Assembly: GCA_964486045.1 (NCBI GenBank)
Contig: CAZALK010000001.1
Location: 904,242-968,241, forward strand
Length of the DNA: 64,000 bases
Direction: 5' to 3'
Source of the DNA: an uncultured archaeon
Lineage (GTDB): Archaea; Asgardarchaeota; Lokiarchaeia; Sigyniarchaeales; SOKP01
The notes under the pieces are model-generated. The model saw only the letters and a program-made list of their open reading frames with translations. It did no database searches and was not told the origin of the DNA. Below, one piece after another: positions 48,043 through 58,794 of this stretch; within the stretch, counting starts at the first letter, position 1, and each line of letters starts with the position of its first letter. Position numbers and translations under genes: made by a program.

Positions 48043-49752
48043 TTGGGTGAAAATGAGAATTTAACATATGCAGATAAACCTTGGCTCAAATCTTACTTTG
48101 TTGGACCTTTTAAACTTAAACACACTATGGAACCGTATCCAAAAATAAATGTTTACAACTTTCTTGAAAAAAGTGCAACTGACTTCCCTGACAATATTGC
48201 TTGTATCTATGTTGATGAGGAAATTACATATTCAGAGTTGAAATTAAAAGTAGATAAACTAGCTAGCGCTTTTGTAGATTTTGGGTTAAAAAAAGGAGAT
48301 ACAATTGCTTCAGTACTTCCATCTTGCCCAGAATTTATAATTGTCGATTTTGCTACACTGAAAATAGGAGCAATTCATGTTCCACTAAGCATTTTGCATA
48401 AAAAAGACGATCTTATTCATGAAATCAAAGAAAGCAATGCTAGAACAGTTGTATGTTCATATAGACGTCTGGAACGTGTTAACGAAGTGAAGAGGGAAGT
48501 TGAGCTTAATACGATCATTTACACTCCAACGAGAATATTTCCCGACTATGAAATGCCTGAGTTGGAAGAAATCTCAGTAGATGGAACTTATCTCTTAGGA
48601 GATTTAATAGAAAAATATAATCCGCATTCGGAAACAGTGGAAATAGACCCCATGGAAGATATAGCACTATTGCCTTTTACAGGAGGCACAACTGGACTTC
48701 CAAAGGGAACGATGTTAACTCATTATAATATTACTACTAATATAATTCAATTTTTACATTGGATGTTGGATCCTTTAAAATCCGGAATTATTGGAAAAGC
48801 CTCATTTTTAATTTGTGTTCCAATATTCCATGCTTATGGACATTTTGGAGTCTACGCGGGAATTTCCTGGGGTCTCAAGATCCTTTTGATGGATCCAAGA
48901 GATATGATACGAATCGCAGACACGATAAATAAATATCGTCCTTTCTTGGTCGCTGCGGTACCAGCCCACTATACAAGATTTCTTAAATTAAATATTCCTA
49001 AAGCTCCAATATTTTACCTTTCAGGTGCAGCACCAATGCCTACAGAACTCGCTGAAGAATTTGAGAAGAAGAGTGGTGTTCCTTTAGGTGAGGGTTATGG
49101 TGCTACAGAAACTACTGCTGGATCAACAGTCAATCTTTCACCTTTATCAAAAGTAACAGGATTTATGTCAAAAATAAAAAGGGGTATTGGTATACCTCTT
49201 CCCGATACAGAAGTGAAAATTGTTGATCCAGAGACTGGTCTAGAATGTCCTTTTGGTGAATCTGGTGAAATATGGATCCGTGGACCTCAAGTTATGAAAG
49301 GTTACTGGCCTACACCAGGTAAAGGTTTAACTGAAGATGGATGGCTCCAGATGGGTGATATTGGTAAAATGGACGAGGATGGCTATTTTTTCATTGTAGA
49401 TCGTATAAAAGATATGATAAATGTTTCCGGGAATAAAGTTTACTCTCGATTGATTGATGATATCTTACATGAGCATCCAGCAATTAAAAATGCAGGTGTA
49501 ATTGGAATCCCAGATCCTGAGCGCCCAGGTAGTGAAAGAGTAAAGGCATTTGTATCATTAAAGCAGGAATATGAGGGTAAGGTTACTGAGCAGGAAATAA
49601 TTGAATATTTAAAAGATAAAGTCAAGCCATATGCGGTACCTAAATATGTCGAATTTAGGAAAGATCTCCCTTTGACGATGATTATGAAACTTTTTAAGAG
49701 GAAGCTCAGAGAAGAAGAAATAGCAAAAATGAAAGAAAGGGGAGAAATTTAA
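48043..49752 (+). CDS. long-chain acyl-CoA synthetase (AMP-forming, FadD-like)
   Basis: FTGGTTGLPKG, EGYGATE, RGPQVMKGYW, MGDIG, DRIKDMI; GAGGTG SD 6 nt before TTG. Confidence 0.9.
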   Translation: MGENENLTYADKPWLKSYFVGPFKLKHTMEPYPKINVYNFLEKSATDFPDNIACIYVDEEITYSELKLKVDKLASAFVDFGLKKGDTIASVLPSCPEFIIVDFATLKIGAIHVPLSILHKKDDLIHEIKESNARTVVCSYRRLERVNEVKREVELNTIIYTPTRIFPDYEMPELEEISVDGTYLLGDLIEKYNPHSETVEIDPMEDIALLPFTGGTTGLPKGTMLTHYNITTNIIQFLHWMLDPLKSGIIGKASFLICVPIFHAYGHFGVYAGISWGLKILLMDPRDMIRIADTINKYRPFLVAAVPAHYTRFLKLNIPKAPIFYLSGAAPMPTELAEEFEKKSGVPLGEGYGATETTAGSTVNLSPLSKVTGFMSKIKRGIGIPLPDTEVKIVDPETGLECPFGESGEIWIRGPQVMKGYWPTPGKGLTEDGWLQMGDIGKMDEDGYFFIVDRIKDMINVSGNKVYSRLIDDILHEHPAIKNAGVIGIPDPERPGSERVKAFVSLKQEYEGKVTEQEIIEYLKDKVKPYAVPKYVEFRKDLPLTMIMKLFKRKLREEEIAKMKERGEI

Positions 49753-49943
49753 TAATTTTCTATTTATCTATTTATCACCACCTTTATTAGAATGGGATAA
49801 TAAAGGAAAGAATCATAATATGAGTTTATTAAATCTTTTTATTTGAATGAAAAGAATATTAATAAAACTCTTTATTAAATAAAATATACAAATAAATAAC
49901 TTACCTAAAAGTTAGCGAAATAAACTTATTCTAAGTGATAATA

Positions 49944-50366
49944 ATGAAGTTTGGATCTCCAGAATGGGCAAAGGCATATTGTAAAGCTATAAATGATAAT
50001 GAAAATTATAGCGAAGCTGCTGGACCTATCGGGTTTCCACCTGATGGGTGGGAAGGTAACTTTCTCTTTATTATTGAGCCTGAGGGAAATTTAGATCATG
50101 AGATTAGGATGTTTGTAGGGTTATATCATGGTGAATGCACAGGAGCAAGAATATTAGAGCAGGGAGAAGAATCAGACGCAGAATTTATATATTCAGGACC
50201 CTATGATGCTTGGGTGCAAATCTTAAAAAAGGAGTTAGATCCTATACGTGCTTTACTCGCTGGCAAGTTCAAGCTCCAAGGGGACATGGCTAAAGTATTA
50301 AAAGCCGTAAGAGCAGCACAGGAACTTGTCAATTCTAGCACGATGATTGATACAGAATTTTATTAA
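49944..50366 (+). CDS. SCP2 sterol/lipid-binding domain protein
   Basis: FGSPEW, GPYDAW, LDPIRALLAGKFKLQGDM. Confidence 0.85.
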   Translation: MKFGSPEWAKAYCKAINDNENYSEAAGPIGFPPDGWEGNFLFIIEPEGNLDHEIRMFVGLYHGECTGARILEQGEESDAEFIYSGPYDAWVQILKKELDPIRALLAGKFKLQGDMAKVLKAVRAAQELVNSSTMIDTEFY

Positions 50367-50432
50367 AATAAATTAACTTTATTTACTTTTTTTTCCTTTT
50401 TATTGTATCCAACCTATTTTTTAATATCTCAA

Positions 50433-51242
50433 ATGCCCTTTCATAATAAGAACATTACTGAATTAATAAACAAGCAAGCCTACTTTTTTGATTTAGATGG
50501 AACAATTTATTTAGGTAATAAATTGTTTAAAGGTGTACATGAATTAGTCAAACTATTGAAAGAAAAAAACAAATCATTTTACTTTCTTTCAAATAATTCA
50601 AGTATTTCAACAACAGATTATCTCAAAAAATTAAATAAATTTAATCTTCAAATAACTCGAGATAATCTTATATTATCCCAACATCCAACTATAGATTATC
50701 TAAAAAAAAATGGATTTTCTAAGGTATTTTTGATGGGGACAACATCGCTTAAAGAAGAATTCTTAAAAGAAGGATTTGTATTAACTGAGGATAATCCTGA
50801 AATTGTGGTTCTTGCTTTTGATAAAGAATTGACGTATGAACGACTTTCTAAAGCAACGCATTTTCTTTTAAAGAAGGATTTTCCTTACATAGCAACTCAT
50901 CTGGATAACAGGTGCCCTACTGAAGACGGGTATATTCCAGATGCGGGAGGGATTGCTGCCTTATTGTTTAAAGCTACAGAAAAGATGCCTAAAGTTTTAG
51001 GCAAACCTAATAAAGAGATGCTTTTATTCAAGTTAGATCAATTTGGATTTTCACCCAAAGATGCTGTGATGTTTGGTGATCGCCTTTATACAGATATGAA
51101 AATGGGAAAAAATGCTGGTGTTGTTACATGTTGCGTTTTATCTGGGGAAACCACTTTAGAAATGATAAATAATAGCGATAACAAACCAGATTACATATTA
51201 AATGGAATTTGGGAACTTATGAACGAATTTAATAAAGGTTAA
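50433..51242 (+). CDS. HAD-IIA (NagD-like) phosphatase
   Basis: FDLDGT, LSNNS, GKPN, GDRLYTD. Confidence 0.9.
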   Translation: MPFHNKNITELINKQAYFFDLDGTIYLGNKLFKGVHELVKLLKEKNKSFYFLSNNSSISTTDYLKKLNKFNLQITRDNLILSQHPTIDYLKKNGFSKVFLMGTTSLKEEFLKEGFVLTEDNPEIVVLAFDKELTYERLSKATHFLLKKDFPYIATHLDNRCPTEDGYIPDAGGIAALLFKATEKMPKVLGKPNKEMLLFKLDQFGFSPKDAVMFGDRLYTDMKMGKNAGVVTCCVLSGETTLEMINNSDNKPDYILNGIWELMNEFNKG

Positions 51243-51409
51243 TTGAAGCATAACGTTTATGGTCTAAAGTTTTGAAATTTTTCTTCTTTATTGTAAACTA
51301 TTAAACTTAGAAATACTTTCTTTGATATTGAAGTAAAATATAAAAATATAAACCATTGTTTTTAATGTAAATATGTCTTGATGATTATTGAGATTATGGT
51401 GAAAAAAAG

Positions 51410-54103
51410 TTGACAAGTATAGAAAATACCAAATTCATCTATGATTTTCATGAAGGAAATAAGGATTTAAAGAGTTTACTTGGGGGTAAGGGAGCAAATC
51501 TAGCAGAAATGACAAAGCTTGGTTTAAATATTCCACCCGGATTTACTATAACAACTGAGGCTTGTTTACTATATTTTCGAGATCCAGAAGAGGTTATGGA
51601 AAAAATTAGGCCAAATGTAATGAATCACTTAAAGGACTTGGAGATAAAGACAGGAAAGAAATTTGGTGATATTCATAATCCATTATTGGTTAGCGTTCGT
51701 TCTGGATCTGTAGTTTCTATGCCAGGGATGATGGATACAGTTTTAAATTTAGGACTGAATGATGAAAGTGTAGTGGGATTAGCAAATCAAACTAATAATG
51801 AGCGTTTTGCCTATGACTCATGGAGGCGATTTCTTCAGATGTTTTCAGATGTAGTCATGGATATTGGAGGTGAAAAGTTTGAGAGAATTTTAACTAAATA
51901 TAAGAGAAAGATCGGTAGAAATGCCCAAGATACGGATCTGGGTATTAATGAATTGAGAAAAATAATTGCGGACTATAAAGCTCTATATGAAAAAGAGGTT
52001 GGTTCACCATTCCCTCTAGATCCTGTTAAACAACTGTTTCTTTCTATTGAAGCCGTATTTAAATCTTGGAATAATAGACGAGCTATTACCTACAGAAAAA
52101 TCAGCAACATTCCAGACTTTGGGACAGCAGTTAATATTCAAGCAATGGTATTTGGTAATAAAGGTGATCATTCCGCAACTGGTGTAACTTTTACCAGAGA
52201 TCCGTCAAACGGGCAAAATCAAAACTTTGGTGAATATTTAACCAATGCACAAGGTGAAGATGTTGTTGCGGGTATTAGAACTCCAAAAAAACTTGAAACC
52301 ATGAAAGAAGAGTTTCCAAAGATATATTCTGAATTATTAGAAACAATGGATAGATTAGAAAAGCATTACAGAGATATGCAAGATATTGAATTTACAATTG
52401 AAGATAGAAAATTATATATTTTACAAACACGAAATGGAAAGCGAACTCCTTCTGCTGCTGTAAAGATCGCTGTTGATATGGTTAAAGAAGGATTAATTAC
52501 AAAAGAAGAAGCAATTATGAGTTTAGATCCCAAAAAAATTTCAAAATTATTATTTAAAAGTATAGATGAGAATGCTATAATACACGTTCTCGCTCATGGG
52601 ATAAGTGCTTCCCCAGGAGCAGTTTCAGGAATTGCAATTTTTGATCCTGATACGGCGGAAAATTTGGCAAACGAGGGTGAGAAAGAGATTATACTTGTTC
52701 GACCACAAACCAAACCCGACGATATTCATGGGTTATATGCATCTAGTGGAGTGTTAACTCAATTTGGAGGAAAAACTTCTCATGCAGCAGTTGTAGCGAG
52801 AGGGATGGGTAAACCCGCTGTTGTTGGAGCTGCAGATATAGATATAGATGAAGAAAATAAAGAATTTCGAGTTGCAGATGTGATTGTTCGAGAGGGGGAT
52901 TATATAACTATTGATGGAACAAACGGGCAAATAATCGAAGGAAAAGTCCCATTAGTTGAGCCTGAAATTAAAGGAGAATTTCTTGAATTACTACAAATAG
53001 CAGATGAATTAAAATCTCTTGGTGTTAGAGCTAATGCTGATACACCCCTAGATGCTCAAAAGGCTTTAGAATTTGGAGCTGAAGGAATAGGACTTTGTAG
53101 GACTGAACATATGTTCATGGAAAAAGAGAGATTACCAATTGTGCAGAATATGATAATGGCGAGAACAAAAGAAACCAGACAAGAGGCTCTTGACAAGATA
53201 TTACCAATGCAAAAAGGAGATTTCTATGAAATTTTTAAAATCATGGAAGGTAAACCAGTAACAATAAGGTTATTGGATCCACCCTTGCATGAATTTCTCC
53301 CAGAATTATCAATAGTTCAATTAGAACGTCAAGAACTCAAAATGACAAACGCGTTGTCAAAATCACTTCTAAATATTAGCCCATTAGATGATGAAATTAA
53401 GAAAAAAAATAAGGTTATCAGCCTAATCAGGTCTCTCTCTGAAGAAAATCCCATGATGGGTTTAAGAGGTTGCAGATTAGGAATTGTATGGCCTGAGATC
53501 AATGAGATGCAAGTTAAAGCAATTTTTCAAGCCGCTTGTGAACTAAAGCTACAAGGAATCAATGTTATTCCTGAAGTTATGATTCCGCTTGTAGGAATGA
53601 TCTCAGAATTGCAATATGTGAAAGTACAATTAATGCAAGTTGCTCTGGAAACAATTAAAGAATATAATGTAGAACTTGAGTATAAATTTGGAACAATGAT
53701 AGAGATCCCCAGAGCTGCTCTAACCGCTGATAAAATCGCAATTGAAGCTGAATTTTTTTCATTTGGAACAAATGATCTAACCCAAATGACTTACGGTTTT
53801 TCCCGAGATGATGCCGAAGGAAAATTTATTCCCATATACTTGAATAAAGAGATATTGGAGCATAATCCATTTGAGATTCTTGATCAGGAGGGAGTAGGGC
53901 AACTTATGAAAATGGCGATCGAACTTGGTAAAAGGACTAGACCTGATTTGAAGACAGGTATATGTGGAGAACATGGTGGAGAGCCAAGTTCAATTAAGTT
54001 TTCGCATTCTATTGGGTTAGATTATGTTTCTTGTTCTCCTTTCAGAATACCAGTAGCTAAAATTGCAGCAGCTCAAGCAGCAATTGAAAGCAAGCAAGAC
54101 TAG
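51410..54103 (+). CDS. ppdK: pyruvate, phosphate dikinase
   Basis: GGKGANLAEM, SVRSG..SMPGMMDT, TSHAAVVARG, GLCRTEHM, GICGEHGG. Confidence 0.97.
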   Translation: MTSIENTKFIYDFHEGNKDLKSLLGGKGANLAEMTKLGLNIPPGFTITTEACLLYFRDPEEVMEKIRPNVMNHLKDLEIKTGKKFGDIHNPLLVSVRSGSVVSMPGMMDTVLNLGLNDESVVGLANQTNNERFAYDSWRRFLQMFSDVVMDIGGEKFERILTKYKRKIGRNAQDTDLGINELRKIIADYKALYEKEVGSPFPLDPVKQLFLSIEAVFKSWNNRRAITYRKISNIPDFGTAVNIQAMVFGNKGDHSATGVTFTRDPSNGQNQNFGEYLTNAQGEDVVAGIRTPKKLETMKEEFPKIYSELLETMDRLEKHYRDMQDIEFTIEDRKLYILQTRNGKRTPSAAVKIAVDMVKEGLITKEEAIMSLDPKKISKLLFKSIDENAIIHVLAHGISASPGAVSGIAIFDPDTAENLANEGEKEIILVRPQTKPDDIHGLYASSGVLTQFGGKTSHAAVVARGMGKPAVVGAADIDIDEENKEFRVADVIVREGDYITIDGTNGQIIEGKVPLVEPEIKGEFLELLQIADELKSLGVRANADTPLDAQKALEFGAEGIGLCRTEHMFMEKERLPIVQNMIMARTKETRQEALDKILPMQKGDFYEIFKIMEGKPVTIRLLDPPLHEFLPELSIVQLERQELKMTNALSKSLLNISPLDDEIKKKNKVISLIRSLSEENPMMGLRGCRLGIVWPEINEMQVKAIFQAACELKLQGINVIPEVMIPLVGMISELQYVKVQLMQVALETIKEYNVELEYKFGTMIEIPRAALTADKIAIEAEFFSFGTNDLTQMTYGFSRDDAEGKFIPIYLNKEILEHNPFEILDQEGVGQLMKMAIELGKRTRPDLKTGICGEHGGEPSSIKFSHSIGLDYVSCSPFRIPVAKIAAAQAAIESKQD

Positions 54104-54174
54104 TTTCTTATTTATTGTAACTTTTTTGGATAAAGTTTATCAAAATTATATAAACACGTAATAGATGGCAAAAT

Positions 54175-54192
54175 CCGAAAAAGTTTTATCAA
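54175..54192 (+). promoter_or_regulatory. BRE/TATA-like promoter of tyrS
   Basis: CCGAAAAAGTTTTATCAA about 45 nt upstream of ATG 54236. Confidence 0.45.
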
Positions 54193-54235
54193 TCTTTTTA
54201 TTCACAACATTATAAAGTAGTGTGGTAGTGACATA

Positions 54236-55342
54236 ATGTCCAAAACAATAGAGGAAAAAATTTCTTTATTAAAGGAAGTTGGAGAGGAAATCATCGATTT
54301 AGATGAATTAAGAGAGATGATTAAATGGAAGACTAAAAATAATGAAAGAATTTACGCTTATGATGGGTTTGAGCCTTCTGGAAATATTCACATTGCTCAA
54401 GGCCTGCTAAGGGCAATAAATGTAAATAAAATAACAAAAACTGGAATTCATTTTAAATTTCTTGTAGCAGATTGGCATGCCGCTGCAAACAAAAAATTTG
54501 GAGGAAATTTGGATATAATAAAAAAAGTAGGCGATTTTTTTATTGAATTATGGAAGGTTTGTGGAATGGATTTAGACAAAGTAGAATTCATTTATGCATC
54601 TGATATCGTAAAAGATCCAAAATATTGGGAGTTAGTTCTAAAGATTGGTATTGACACAACTCTAAAACGGGTGAAAAGATGTACTCAAATAATGGGTAGA
54701 AGTGAATCAGATAAACTTTATGCATCACAGATTCTCTATCCTCTTATGCAAACAGCTGATATATTTTATCTTCCAGCTGATATCTGCCAATTAGGTTTAG
54801 ATCAAAGAAAAGTAAATATGCTTGCGAGAGAAGTAGCAAAAAAGTTGGGTCGGCCAAAACCAGTAGCTATTCACCATCATATGTTGATGGGTTTAAATAA
54901 ACCACCAAAAACTGATTTAACTGGGATTGATAAAGCCATTGAATTTAAAATGTCTAAATCTGATCCAAATAATGCTATTTTTATGTTAGATACACCCCTT
55001 GATGTAAAGCGTAAAATTAGTAAAGCTTTTTGTCCACCTAAACAAGTAACTGAAAATCCTGTATTAGAATATTGCAAATTTATTATTTTTGAGCTTACTG
55101 ATTATTTTATAATTGAGCGACCAGAGAAGTATGGTGGAAGTATAAAATACACCTCTTTTGAGGAGTTAGAAAAGGACTACGAAGTAGGAGAGCTGAATCC
55201 ACCCGATTTAAAACCTGCTGTTATAAAATATCTAAATCAGTTTTTAGCACCTGTTATTGATCATTTTGAAACAGACGAAAACGCAAAAAAATTACATGAT
55301 TTTGTTAAAGCTGAATATAAGAAGTATAAGAGTAAGGTCTAA
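54236..55342 (+). CDS. tyrS: tyrosine--tRNA ligase
   Basis: YDGFEPSGNIHIAQG, YPLMQTADI, GLDQRK, KMSKS. Confidence 0.95.
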   Translation: MSKTIEEKISLLKEVGEEIIDLDELREMIKWKTKNNERIYAYDGFEPSGNIHIAQGLLRAINVNKITKTGIHFKFLVADWHAAANKKFGGNLDIIKKVGDFFIELWKVCGMDLDKVEFIYASDIVKDPKYWELVLKIGIDTTLKRVKRCTQIMGRSESDKLYASQILYPLMQTADIFYLPADICQLGLDQRKVNMLAREVAKKLGRPKPVAIHHHMLMGLNKPPKTDLTGIDKAIEFKMSKSDPNNAIFMLDTPLDVKRKISKAFCPPKQVTENPVLEYCKFIIFELTDYFIIERPEKYGGSIKYTSFEELEKDYEVGELNPPDLKPAVIKYLNQFLAPVIDHFETDENAKKLHDFVKAEYKKYKSKV

Positions 55343-55363
55343 TAAGTAAAGGAAGTAATAAAT

Positions 55364-56842
55364 ATGCCGGATAGTAATGTTATTGACCTGTTTTTTAATC
55401 CAAAATCAGTAGCCGTAATAGGGGCATCAAAAAATCCAATGAAAGGTGGCCACAGAATCATTCAAAATCTCGTAAGAAATAATTATAAAGGGGGGATTTA
55501 TCCTGTAAATCCTAATTCAGATGGTGAAATACTAGGTTTAGATTTTAAGAAATCAGTACGAGAAATTGAAAATCATGTTGATCTTGCAATTTTTTATGTA
55601 CCAAATCGTCTCATTCCGGACCTACTAGTAGAATGCATAGAGATGGGAATCCCAGGTGCAATAATCGAAGCATCGGGATTTGAAGAAGTAGGGAAAATAG
55701 GTCTTGAATTGAGGGATCAAATACTTAACATTACAGATAACTTTTCTAAGATTAGAATTCTCGGTCCGAATTGTATGGGAATTACTAGAATTGATGGAGA
55801 TAGCGATAATAAAACTAATGATAAAGGGGGATTTTTTTCCAGCTTCGGTTTTATTTCTAAATATAAAAGAGGAAATATTGCGATAATTAGTCAATCTGGT
55901 ATGTTAAACGGAGGATATCTTCCACACTTAATGGATCAGTATCCAGAGATGGGAATTAGGTATTCTTGCTCCATAGGTAATAAAATGGATTTAAATGAGA
56001 CTGAATTTTTAGAATATTTACTAGACGATCAAACTGTTAATGTTATTGCTATCTATCTTGAATCCTTTAAAAGTCCCCGGAAATTTATTGAGTTATGTAA
56101 GAGAGCAAAGAAAATCCCCGATAAAACGATCATCTTAGTTAAGGGGGGTAAAACTGAACAAGGTCAAAAAGCTTCATTGAGTCATACAGGGAATCTTGCA
56201 GAAAACTATCAACTAATAAAAGCTATAATTAGTCAGTCTGGAGTAATTCAAGCAAATAGTTTCTATGAGTTATTCCAATTTGCAAGAACCTTCTCAATGA
56301 TGTACAAATCTGGGAAGAAATTACCTATATATGGTAATGTATCCATGGTAACGGGATCTGGTGGTGCGGGGACAATTACTGCAGATATTACAAAGAAATA
56401 TAGTTTGAATTTTCCATCATTTGGTGATGAGTCTTATAAAGCTCTTGAGGACATATTTCCTGAATGGATGCCACCGAACCGTTTCACACTTGTAGATATT
56501 TGGCCAGCAATAGAAAAAGCTATGACTAATAAGCTAAATCCAGGAACTGTAATGCAAAAAGTTTACAAAATATTATCAAATGAGCCAGAAGTCGAAGGTA
56601 TTTTTGATATGGAGTTTTGTTTTAGTGGGAACAGAGATCGGTATGAAAATATGGTAAAAAACTTTGAAAAAATTTCTAAACCAATATTTTTCTGGCTTGT
56701 TGGGCAAGCAGAGGAAATTCGTAGAGTATCTCAACTTCTAGCTAAAAACAATATACCTAATTTTCCCAGTTTAGAAGATATGATAAAAAATTTCGCAATA
56801 TTAGTTCAAGAATCAAAGAATAAAAAAAATGATTTAAATTAA
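55364..56842 (+). CDS. ADP-forming acyl-CoA synthetase, alpha (CoA-binding) subunit
   Basis: FFNPKSVAVIGAS, GPNCMG, ISQSG, SHTG phospho-His, GSGGAG. Confidence 0.85.
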   Translation: MPDSNVIDLFFNPKSVAVIGASKNPMKGGHRIIQNLVRNNYKGGIYPVNPNSDGEILGLDFKKSVREIENHVDLAIFYVPNRLIPDLLVECIEMGIPGAIIEASGFEEVGKIGLELRDQILNITDNFSKIRILGPNCMGITRIDGDSDNKTNDKGGFFSSFGFISKYKRGNIAIISQSGMLNGGYLPHLMDQYPEMGIRYSCSIGNKMDLNETEFLEYLLDDQTVNVIAIYLESFKSPRKFIELCKRAKKIPDKTIILVKGGKTEQGQKASLSHTGNLAENYQLIKAIISQSGVIQANSFYELFQFARTFSMMYKSGKKLPIYGNVSMVTGSGGAGTITADITKKYSLNFPSFGDESYKALEDIFPEWMPPNRFTLVDIWPAIEKAMTNKLNPGTVMQKVYKILSNEPEVEGIFDMEFCFSGNRDRYENMVKNFEKISKPIFFWLVGQAEEIRRVSQLLAKNNIPNFPSLEDMIKNFAILVQESKNKKNDLN

Positions 56843-56849
56843 AAACCTT

Positions 56850-57479
56850 ATGACAAGAATCTTATGCATTGGGGATTCACATATACCGAATAGAGCTAAA
56901 GAACTTCCTGAGAAAGTTTACAATAAGTTAAATGATCTCACTAAAAAAGATCTCTTTGATTATACGCTGTTTACAGGTGATATCATTAAATTTCCAAAAC
57001 TTCTTGAGTATTTAGGCTTAAGAACAAAAAAAGAAATGTTAATAGTTCTGGGAAATATGGATTATTACTATGGAAATCGGGATACCCCTATTTATCAACA
57101 AATGGTTATAGATTTTGATGATCATAGCAGTATGGTTATTGGTTTAACCCATGGAGCCCAGATAAGTCCACGGGGGGATCATACAGAATTAAAGAATCTT
57201 GCCATTAAGAAAAAATATAATATCTTAATTTCTGGTCACACTCATAAGGAAGAGATATTTCTCACAGATAATCATATTTTATTAATAAATCCGGGAAGTG
57301 TTACGGGTGCTTGGTCATTTGTAGCAAGTGGTCGACCTTCTTTCATCGAATTAACAGTTCATAAATCAAATAAAGAAATTAAACTAAACCATATTCAAAT
57401 TAACAAACAAACCAGAGAAATTACCGAGTTTAGGTCTAATTTTCTATTTCGAAATAATCAGATTGTGGAAAAATTTTAA
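56850..57479 (+). CDS. Vps29-like metallophosphoesterase
   Basis: GDSHIP.R, TGD, GNMD, HGAQISPRGD, ILISGHTH, INPGSVTGA. Confidence 0.85.
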   Translation: MTRILCIGDSHIPNRAKELPEKVYNKLNDLTKKDLFDYTLFTGDIIKFPKLLEYLGLRTKKEMLIVLGNMDYYYGNRDTPIYQQMVIDFDDHSSMVIGLTHGAQISPRGDHTELKNLAIKKKYNILISGHTHKEEIFLTDNHILLINPGSVTGAWSFVASGRPSFIELTVHKSNKEIKLNHIQINKQTREITEFRSNFLFRNNQIVEKF

Positions 57480-57554
57480 AACTTCATTAGCTCTTTCATA
57501 CATATCTTCATTCAATATTTTAGGGATTTTTAGAAGAGTTAAAAGGATTTTGAC

Positions 57555-57568
57555 TTTTTTTTTTTTTT
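57555..57568 (+). terminator. oligo(T) tract, probable terminator of the tyrS-acd-vps29 unit
   Basis: T14 run 75 nt after the stop codon. Confidence 0.45.
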
Positions 57569-57654
57569 AAGTTCTCCACCCAATGCATTTCAGGGTTACA
57601 AAAAAATATTTATTTAAGTAATATATTTATTTAAGCAAATCTTGTGATAAGTTT

Positions 57655-58779
57655 ATGTCTCCCATTCATTTTTCAAAGAGCGGTTCTCGTCTCTCTCTTT
57701 TCACACCTGGGCCAGTACAAGTTCCAGATAGACTTTTAAAAGAAATGGCGAAACCAAATGACACACATAGATCTAAACCTTATGAAGAAATGCACCAAAA
57801 AGTTGTAGAAGGGCTTCAAAAATTATTATATACTAAAAACGACTGTCTAATCTTCACTTCAAGTGCTTCTGGTATCTTAGAAGCATGTGTAAGAAATCTA
57901 GTTAAAAATGATGAAAAAGGATTAGTTTTATCAATAGGAGCATTTGGTGATCGGTGGCATCAAATTGGTCTTGCTAATGGCAAAAATATAGTTAAAGAAA
58001 ATATTGAATGGGGAAAAGCCTTAACTCCTGATTTTATACAAAATGCTTTATCTAAAGATACTTATAGTGCCGTTTTTCTTCAATCAAATGAAACTTCTAC
58101 AGGGGTGTATAACCCACTTGATGAAATTATACCAATTATTAAAGATAATGGAGTCATAGTATGCGTTGATGCTACATCTTCAATGGCAGGAATAAAAATT
58201 GAAGTCGATAAACTTGAAATTGATGTTTGTCTGGGATCTACTCAAAAATGTTTTGCTTTACCTCCAGGATTGGCAGTCTGTTCAATTTCAGAGAACGCAA
58301 TAGAAAAATCATCAAATGTAAAAGATCGTGGATACTATCTGGATTTCCTAACCCTTAGTAAAAAGAATAAAGTATACCAAACCCCTGCAACACCTCCGAT
58401 CCCCCAGATAAGAGGATTAGCGGCTCAATTAGATTATATATTAAACACAGAAGGTATACTAAATAGGTTTCAAAGACATGAACAATTAGGAGAAAAGACA
58501 AGGACTTGGGCTAAAGATCTGGGATTGAGTATGTTTTCTGAAGAAGGATATGAATCTAATACCGTTTCCACGATAAGAAATAGCTTCAATCTTGAGATAG
58601 GAGAGCTTATTATAAAAATGCTAGAAAACGGGTACCGTCTTGTGAATGGGTATGGTGATCTTAGAAATTTGACATTTCGAATTGGTCATATGGGTGAAGT
58701 GACATTAAAAGAATTAGAAGAAATGTTAAAAGTTCTAACTATTGTTTTTTCAGAAATGAAGAAAGCCAAAAATTCTTGA
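57655..58779 (+). CDS. class V aminotransferase (alanine-glyoxylate/serine-pyruvate type)
   Basis: FTPGPV, NETSTGV, VDATSS, STQKCFALPPG, FRIGHMG. Confidence 0.9.
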   Translation: MSPIHFSKSGSRLSLFTPGPVQVPDRLLKEMAKPNDTHRSKPYEEMHQKVVEGLQKLLYTKNDCLIFTSSASGILEACVRNLVKNDEKGLVLSIGAFGDRWHQIGLANGKNIVKENIEWGKALTPDFIQNALSKDTYSAVFLQSNETSTGVYNPLDEIIPIIKDNGVIVCVDATSSMAGIKIEVDKLEIDVCLGSTQKCFALPPGLAVCSISENAIEKSSNVKDRGYYLDFLTLSKKNKVYQTPATPPIPQIRGLAAQLDYILNTEGILNRFQRHEQLGEKTRTWAKDLGLSMFSEEGYESNTVSTIRNSFNLEIGELIIKMLENGYRLVNGYGDLRNLTFRIGHMGEVTLKELEEMLKVLTIVFSEMKKAKNS

Positions 58780-58794
58780 AGTATAGCAGAATTT

